Of a stretch of DNA of 64,000 nt, positions 17,716 through 26,700 are shown one piece after another. Origin of the DNA: a virus; the IMG/VR virus record IMGVR_UViG_3300025132_007963, positions 96,001 to 160,000 of that record; one strand, 5' to 3'. The stretch's first letter is position 1, and each line of letters starts with the position of its first letter. The notes below the pieces were generated by a model that had not been told where the DNA came from, searched no databases, and saw only the letters and a program-made list of their open reading frames with translations. A program made the translations under genes and the position numbers.

Positions 17716-20700
17716 TCTTCATCGTCCTTATCAACAGCATAAGCAACTTCCGCGTCAATCTTAACTAGTTCAACCAATGAGAAATAATCATACGGCCAGT
17801 TATAGCCATATTCCATAAATTGCTCGATAGTTGGTAATTTATTGGGATGATCAAATGGCAACTTATCCCTATTAATTTTTTCAAAATAGTTTGTTTCAGC
17901 TCTTTGCTTTACTTTAAAGACCATCCACTTTATTTCGTCTGCCTCTTCTGTATCCAACTCTGGCAATAATGATAAGCCGCTAGATAGATCACCTGAATAA
18001 TCATCCGTATCTAGGGGTACGGTAAAACTAGTTTTTTGAGTTATGCTTTCCCCGTCTTTGTTAAAGGAATCCTGTCCAATTTTTGGCATTAAATTTTGCC
18101 AAATTTTTGACAAGTCTTCTTGATCTAGGGTGGTATCAAACTCCATTACAAAGTATAAGAAAGGGGGCACATACGGCTTCCCTGCTGACGTTGCAACACT
18201 ATCTGAATCACCACTATATTTTAGCCAGTTCATGCTGGGTGGAAAAACATAGTCTATCATGGCGCCGGCCATTTTCTTGTATGGGTGGCCAGTACTGATC
18301 GGGGCACCTCTTTCTTGCTCAAGGCTATCTAAATATTCTTTTTTAAATTCTTTCGCATCTTTAAACTTAAAAGTAAAATTATGCACAGCTTTATAAAGTT
18401 TTTCAGGATTTGGTAATGTAAAAAATTCTTTTCCTTGATTTTTGGTCGATAGAAGTTTTCTACCGTGATCTTTGATTTGTCTAGGTTTACCGGCATATCT
18501 AAAAGGCACTGCAATAACAGCTTCCTTTATTCTTCTTTCTGTCGCTATTTGTCCCAATGGTTTTGACTGACCTTCAACAGCGCGACCGTTTTTTCTAAAG
18601 TGCAAACCAAGCAGTTTAGATAAATCACGGAAGCGGCGGCGACGTGTTCTTGGTCCCCTAAAACTAAAATTTGAAGTTTCGGCAGGTAAACCATATTGAT
18701 GCCACAAGCCTTTTGTTGTTGTTAGACCGAGTGGCAATGGAGCTGTACATGATGCATCTTTAAACGATAAACTTGGACCTTCCCATCTTGGGTGAAAAAC
18801 CGTACTAAACCTCAAGGAAGGTTGTGTTGGATCGTTACCTTGAAAGCTTTGTATAAGAGCATTTTCTGCTAGATCTAGTCCCGCTATAGATGAAGATAAC
18901 TGCATCGCGTGTGTTTTGTTTAGAGACGATAGAGCAGTAGCTGCTCTAAATCCAAGACCATGATTAAAAGCATCTGTTGCTAGTTTTTTCTTAGTTAGCT
19001 TTTGATCTCTACCTTCACCAGTAGCACCAGTCATGGCTGTTAATCTGGCGAATTGTATCTTGGGGCCACTTTCTGCAAAGCCATCTAGGGTCTTAATCTG
19101 TTGCAAGACATTTTGTACTAGCAATTCGCCGGATGGAGTGGCATAACTACCAGTTCCTGGTGTGAAAGTGTATGTGACTAAAGACCGCCCTTCGTAGTGA
19201 GGTGGTGTAAACGGTGAAAAGCCATGAGCGCCTCGTCCGCGACCAGCTTCAGAAAACATCTCGTTGTAAGGAACGTGACCAGCATCAACTGGTGGGCCAA
19301 AAGCAGACGCTCGATTATACATTGGAAAATCTCCATCAAGCGGCCTGTTCAGTTCTAATGTCATAATATATGTATTGCGCTCTCCAGTCGGATCATGATC
19401 TAGCGTGTCTGCAGTTGCTAACATGACAGGTGCGCGGTTTTCTAAAAAGAAATTCATACTTTCTGCATAAAAATTATTTGCTGCTAGTCTATATTGTGTG
19501 CCGATACCAGCACCTTCTCTTCTTCTAAGTTCTGTTAAGTTTATACTAGAAGTAAGCGCAGAAGAAGTCATAGCGTTATCAAATATAGCCAAGTTTGCAG
19601 GAGTTGAAAGCGGACCTCCTGCATAATTACCATAAATTAAATCATATGAGCGCGCTTCAGTTGCTCTCATAGCAGTGGTTGGTTGCAAAGAAGCACTTGG
19701 ATGTGGTTCGTTATCCCATATTGTCAGATAATCAGCAATGACACCATCAACTTCTTTTTCTTCACTAGATGGCAATAGCCTAGGATCTATCACTGCTTCA
19801 AAGGGTATTCTTTCCACTCTTTGTATTCCAGCATCTTGATTAACCCAGAAAGTTCTATTTAAACTATTTGCGTCACCAGTTCCAATTCTGCCACCCAAAG
19901 CACCCCAACTAGCAGAACCAATTCTTGGTATGCCATGGTCAGCCGTTTCATTAAAACTAGAACCAGTTATATAAGATGGATATTTTAATGCACCAGTTAA
20001 GTGAGCTAAGCTACCATTAGCATGTTTCAAATCAATAAATTGTGCATCGCTTAGCGTGCCGTCGAAGGTTCGATATCTTTGTTTTATTGTAGTAACATCA
20101 ACAATACCAAAACCTTTCTGGATTAATGAAGCTGTGTTTGCAGCTGTATGTGCATCATTTCCTTCACCGTGTATGTCATCTTTAAATCCCTCAAACTTTG
20201 GTTTTGTTATACTGAGATTAGCAGCACTTACACTGCCAGATAAAGTGTCACCGCTTCTAATATGATTTTGATTACGAGGGTGTCCCAATTGAGGATTGTG
20301 AAAAACCGCATGATTTAACATCGGAGATGCATCTGTCATGTTAGATTGACTAACCTCAATCCTATTGTATCCAGTATCATCGCCCATTCTATACCAGCCA
20401 ATCAAATGATTGTGAAGGCTACTACTTACAGCTGATATTGGCTGCACTGGGCCTGCACCCTTGGGACCGCCGCCGCCAAGAGCGCTGACTTGCCAGAAGT
20501 CTAAATTAGTGTTCCAAATTGTAACTTCATCTATAATAACATTCGCTGAGGTAAACAACCTACCATTAAGCCCTGTAGCAGAGCCGCTACTGCCGCTGTG
20601 AACTACTTTAGTCGATGAGAAATAGTGATTGCCTATTCTACAATCACCAGGCTTAGAACCTGCAAATATGTTGTTTTCATTAACAGTGCCACCATTATAT

Positions 20701-23700
20701 GAATAATAGCCAACTCCAGTGCCACTATAATAATTTACACTACTTCCATATCCATCTGCAGGCCATTTTGCGTAAAATGCTGGCTTCTTGCTTGATGCAT
20801 CTGTGTTTCCTAGTTTTTTAGTAAAAGCCACAAAATACCAAGTGTTAGTTTGCCAAAATGCGCCGGCATCACCACTGGTGAACTGCACATACTGACTAGC
20901 ATCACTAAGTCCCATATGTAATTCAAACCTACCTCCTCTATACGCAAACTTTAAACCATCATAATGACCATTCTTATCACAAAGTGATAAAATAGAAAAA
21001 TTATCTTCAGTAATATTATCGACAGCTCTATCTTGTGCATCTGGAAAGTATATCCAGGCTCCAACCGTTATACCGGGGTCATGAGGTGTTGGAGACAATG
21101 AGCCTGTTAGCAAGTCACCAAAGTCTGCAGAATCGCCAATTTGCACCCAATTGTTATCATTTGCTGCAAAAAGAGTACCAAATCGGTTAAAAGTTCTATC
21201 CTTTTTTGGAACAAAAATAGGATAATCAACTGATATGCCTGATTTTATGGAATTATAAGTTATACCAGGTGCAAAAAATGGTGCAATATAATTTCTAAAA
21301 CTTCCCAAGTAATTTTGTCTATTACTGGTAATTCTTTTATCAGCTGCATATGAAGAGCTAAAATATTCTGCTAATTGTAAAGTTCTTTGTACTGGATAAA
21401 AGCCCCTGTAAGGTAGTAGTTTTTTAATGGCTTTCGCTGTCAAAGTAATAGATCTTTTACTATAACCATTTTCTTTCATGGCATTATCAACAACATTAAA
21501 ATTTCTTATAAAATCCGAATTACTATACACTTTATAAAAATTTTCTTGATTCGATCTTTGATACGAGTAGTTTGCACCAGATAATTGTAGTTTTTCAGGA
21601 CAACCCTGCCAAGCCATATCACCATACCAAAACGCATCTCCGGTATACAAAGCATCAGAGCCATCACCAGTATAAGTTGTACCTGTTGCGCCGTTTGCTA
21701 ATCTATTTGAATAAGTACCAATAAACTCACTTATTCTAAATTCAGGAACCTGGGAATAGTCGCGACCCATGTGTTTAATTTGCTCGAACCAATCATCATA
21801 ATCCTTATATGGAAAAGGACTGCACCCAGATTGACTTCCAGCTTCCCATTTTGCGGCGCCGCCAAGTCTGGTGCTGCCTGCAGGACCCTGAATAATAAAT
21901 GGATTTATATCATGCTTTGAGCCTGTTGATGAATGATAAGAAATATAATTGTTATTAACAGGATCTCCAACAAAGTATAAGTTTGGCCTATCTGAATTTT
22001 CAGCAACAGGAGCGTTCCTGAACGTGATTGACGCAGTTGCTGTTAAGTTACCAGCATTGTCTTTTAGTTGCTCAACATTTATCACTGTTCTGTTAATCTG
22101 ACGAAGCAAAGCCAGCGAAGAAAAGTCCGAAGCTGAAGTTGATGGATCTTCAACTGGTGTAAAGTGCTGTACAAATTCTTTACAAATATCAGTTGGAGTG
22201 CTTACTGACGACGTTAAATTAATGAAAAACAAACTTCCAGTGTGAGGGCGCCTAACATCGGGTCCTTCTGCTGTTCTTGCAGAGCTTGATTGAAATATTA
22301 ACGTTATAAAACCATCACCGTTGTTAGTTGGGCCGGAAAAATTTGAGCCGCCTGTGCTAGTTTCATTATGCAATGCCTGAGTTGCGGGATCTGGAAAACT
22401 TGCAGATACAGAAAACGGAAACAATACAATTCCCTGTTCATCATAATCTGTTTTATCATTACTGGCAAAAGCTATTCGATAAATTACGGGAGTTTCTGGG
22501 AACTTTCTAGCATAAACTGGTGACGGCTTTGGGTCATATTTGTGCATGCCTTGCGAGGTATATCGATACGAACCCGGGTTTGAGCCAGATCTAAAGAAAT
22601 TTGAATTGTGTACCAATACCCCTTCTGGTCCAAAGTTACCTGGTGTATCTGTACCTAAATTCAATTCACCAGAAAGTCCAAAGCCAGGTTGAGCATCTAG
22701 AGGCCAAGCTGAGTTTTTATATCTGGCTCCGTGATGTTCTGGATGAAAAGGAAACAAAACTCTATGTGATCCAGAATCACGATAATGTTCGCTTGCGCCG
22801 GCTTGCGTTGGGCCAAACCTGTTAGCAACAAGATATAAGTTTCCTGCACGTGCTCCACGTTCCAAAGGCTGATTACTACTGTCCAAAAGATAAAATAATC
22901 CAGAAAAATAATCAGAAGTATTTCGAGACGGTAATCTACCGATAAAGTGTGGATGACCCAAAGTCTTACCAAAAGGCAACGTATTTACATATCCAATACC
23001 TCTAGCCGGATGTTGTGGTGTACCCATAGTATCAAACCATGCATGACTGGAGGTTGGCTCAGGCGCAAGACCATTGTTAAAATATAGATCTCCAATATCT
23101 GCAAAATATGTCTCTCCGTATTTCAATTTTTTTTCAAGAGCTTTTTGCGGATAAGCATTTGGATTACTCGACAAATATATACGGCTGAGCAACGGTAATT
23201 GGGTGGTGCTCTTTGCACCAGCCCTATCGTGTATTACCCAATCGTCAAAACGATGATCTTTTCGTGCATTTGGACTATGCGCTCTATATCTTGAATCTGC
23301 ATCCTCAAACCACCAGTCTATCTTGAACCTTTCTCTTTTTATAGTTCTAGTTTTTAGAGAGTTTTCAAAGGTTGGATAAATTGTTTGTTTTAGCATAACA
23401 AATGCTTGATCTTGAAATTCAGGCACTAGTCGACTAAGTGCTGGACTTACTCTAACCCCCTTAGCTTGAAGATCATTTATTACTGAATCTGCAAATCTAA
23501 AATTGTTTTGTTCAAGGAGGTTTTCAGATAAATTTTTAATTTGTTTTTTTGTTTCGCTTGCTATTGTTTCCTCATTCAATTCAAGCGACATAATTCGATT
23601 AAAGCCTGGGTTTGAAAACATACGATATTTGTTTTCAGGAAAATAGGGAGCTTTTTCTCTTATTACTCTATGATTGCCAATACCTCTAATATTTCTAAAA

Positions 23701-26700
23701 TCATCAACATCATCAAATGTAGTAATTCTGAAAGTCATGCCTTGAAGACGGTTAGTATTTGTTATAGCTGCAGATTCTGTAAACCTATAGTGTTGAACGT
23801 CGACGCGGGTGTCAAACCGCATCTTTCTTGCCTTACGAAGACGTTCAGACCCCTCTTCTAGAGTATGAAGCGGTATTCTTGGTCGCTGGCGCTTAAAACT
23901 ATGAAGTGTATTATTAGGCCAAGAGTACCCTCTGGTATAATTATAAAGCATGCTGTTAAGATCTTCTGGTGACCGAGTACGATCCATTATCTTATTCATT
24001 GCGCTACCAACTGGGAACATAAGCTTATCGTGCCCTAAAGTGCTAACCACTGCTGGAGCATAAATATTATTTTTTCTTAAAAATCTTGCTACCTTATTAT
24101 CTTGGCCAACTCTGATCTGCTTCCAGGATGGCCATCCATAGGGGCCTTGTCTATTTAATATTAGACCGTTTAGCAGTATAACATCTCCTTGATCACCGTA
24201 TCCTGCCCTGGTTGTGACAGCTCTAACTTTTCTAGTAAGGTTCAGGCCTGCAAAGTTTGTATCGTTTAAATAACCAAGAGTAGGGTAAGAGCCGCCTGAT
24301 TTAATATTAGTTATAAAGGCTGAGCCCGACATGTCATTTGCAAAATCACGTCCAGTGCCTTCAGTAATTTCTGACCCTACTCTGAGAGGTCCAATATCCG
24401 GATCGAAGCCCAAAGTATTATTATCGGATCCACTGATTGGATCAACAATAATTGCATTAGATCCCCAAAATCCAACGGGGATAAAATTACCGAAAGAAGC
24501 GTTGCCCACGCTATCTGCATATTTTTCAAAATAAGGTCTACTATTAAAATCAAAAGACTGTTGACCGAAACCGGAGAATTTACCACCACCAACATCGCTA
24601 GCGCTGACAAAAGTAAGTTCAGTCTGTTCTTGGCTTTTTACATGTGAAGATGTTTGATAACCAGAGTTTGCTCCGATTGGAATTGTAAAATCATGAGAGT
24701 ATCCAATAAACGAACTTGTTGTTTCAAGAGCAGACGAAGTTATCCAAAGATAGTTCAAATCAGATTGTGGTATCTGCCTTTGGATAAATGCATTATTGTT
24801 CTGATCTCTTACTCCAGTTTCAAGAAATGTATCTTTGTCTGTGGGTAAATAAGTTGTGTTTCTATAAGTTTTGTGAAAAGATGCAGTGTTAGCGTTTGTT
24901 GTTACATAATTTTTCCTAGCTGCAATCGTTAAAAATGAATCTAAAGGATACCTTACAGAAAGATTTCTATAATTCATAGTATTGAAGACAGAATATTGAG
25001 TTGTTTGAAAATCTAATTCTGGACCACCTTGAGAATCGCCCATTGTTTTAGGATCACCGGGTGCTGAAAATCTAGATATGATTACATTTTTTCTTATAGG
25101 TCTAGATAATTTTGTTCTATCTCTCAATCCTAACACAAGATCAGAAGAACCAGAAACTGATAGGTCGACCACAGATCCAGTTCTTATTAGAAACACCGGA
25201 CTAACATCTACGCTAGTCCCTTGTACTATTTCGTAATCATGTGTGTAGTTGCCAAGGTTTAAACTACTTGTTGTTGTTTTGATGTTTCTTATATTGACAG
25301 GTCGTTTTGCCAAAGGGTCTCTCAGTACATGAGTTCTACCAGCTATAGAGCCTGTTAACGATGGATTATCTTTTTCTTGTTGATCCGGACCCAATACAAA
25401 AAGTTGACTATTTGAAGCAGAAATATAAAAAGCTTCTACTCTGTCTATGTGTGTATCCAAGCCCTTAATGCCTGCTTTCGGCTTTTTAAGAGAAGGACCC
25501 AGACTTTCACTATGATTGATCTCCACGTGCCTATGGAAATGTCCACCGACATGAAACTCAGTAAATGGAGATTGCATTGGTATTTCTCTATCTTCACCAT
25601 AAGCGTCAGAGTGCAAGTTTGTTATATCAACACCTTGCTTAAACCGATCAAACAATTCTGCCTTATAATCTGTTGGTGCATCAACAGAGCTACTGTATAT
25701 ACTAAATGGCGCTATAGTATTAATATCATGATCTTTGTTTGTATTACTTATATCAGCTGGGCCACGTGCTTTCTTCTTTTCAAAAATATTATTATTAACA
25801 ATTAATTTTGGTCTGAGAACATCATCTCGATCAGGCCCAAAGTCTAAATCAGCTGCATTTATTTTTATAAAATCTTTATTATTAGGGTTAGTTGTGCTTA
25901 AATAAAAATCTTTCTTTTTATTTAAATGAAAATTATCACCAGAGTGAATAACTGGATCAAGCTGCACTACAAGTCGATAGGGCTTGCTGAGCGCCCGGGC
26001 AGCAAAAGTGTTGCCTGAAACTTGCGTGTTTATAGCTTTTCTTAATTTTTCCCTATCTGCATCTACGGCTTCATCGCCTGTACTCACTGATACATCTGTA
26101 CGCTCTACTCTGTTTTTCCACCAAAAAGTATTTTTGCTTTGATCTAAGCCTGCACTACCAGTCGGTGCATATATTCCTGTGTGAGTTTCTAATGGAGCAT
26201 GACCAAATTTCCAATTATATAAAAGCTCATTAATACCGGCAGCACCGGGATGGTTTTCTGGATCTTCTTGTTTCTTCTCTAGAAATGGAAGTTTTGACCA
26301 ATACTTATTTCTTTCTAGTGCATGACTTTCTATTACGTTTCTAATATCATCTGACATATTTGCAGTTGCAGGACGTAATTGATCTACTACGTCAGATATT
26401 GATTGATCAACCCATTTATAAAATTCTATATATCTTTCTACATCTGGTGTATTTTCAATATTATTGAAAAACAATTGCCTTAGATGTTCCATGGATTTAT
26501 ATTGTTGACGATATCTGTGAATTGGATCACCGATTAAATTATTAAATTCTCTTACAGTTGCAAACATATCTATCATTTCATCGGAGATGCCTTGATACAT
26601 GCTCTTCTCTAAAGAAAAGTGATGATTTACCGGTCTTGTTTCCCTTGTAAACGTAACATCATCTCTGCTTGGAACTCTTATCATGTCAGAGCTATGTACA

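Noticed and set aside
22697-24610. Short alternative-frame minus-strand ORFs inside the 3962-aa gene (18329-18514, 22697-22972, 24377-24610) and at 35743-35928 and 63459-63671
   Set aside because: They are fully nested in long coding frames, with no start signals or motifs and no slippery site noticed to support programmed frameshifting.
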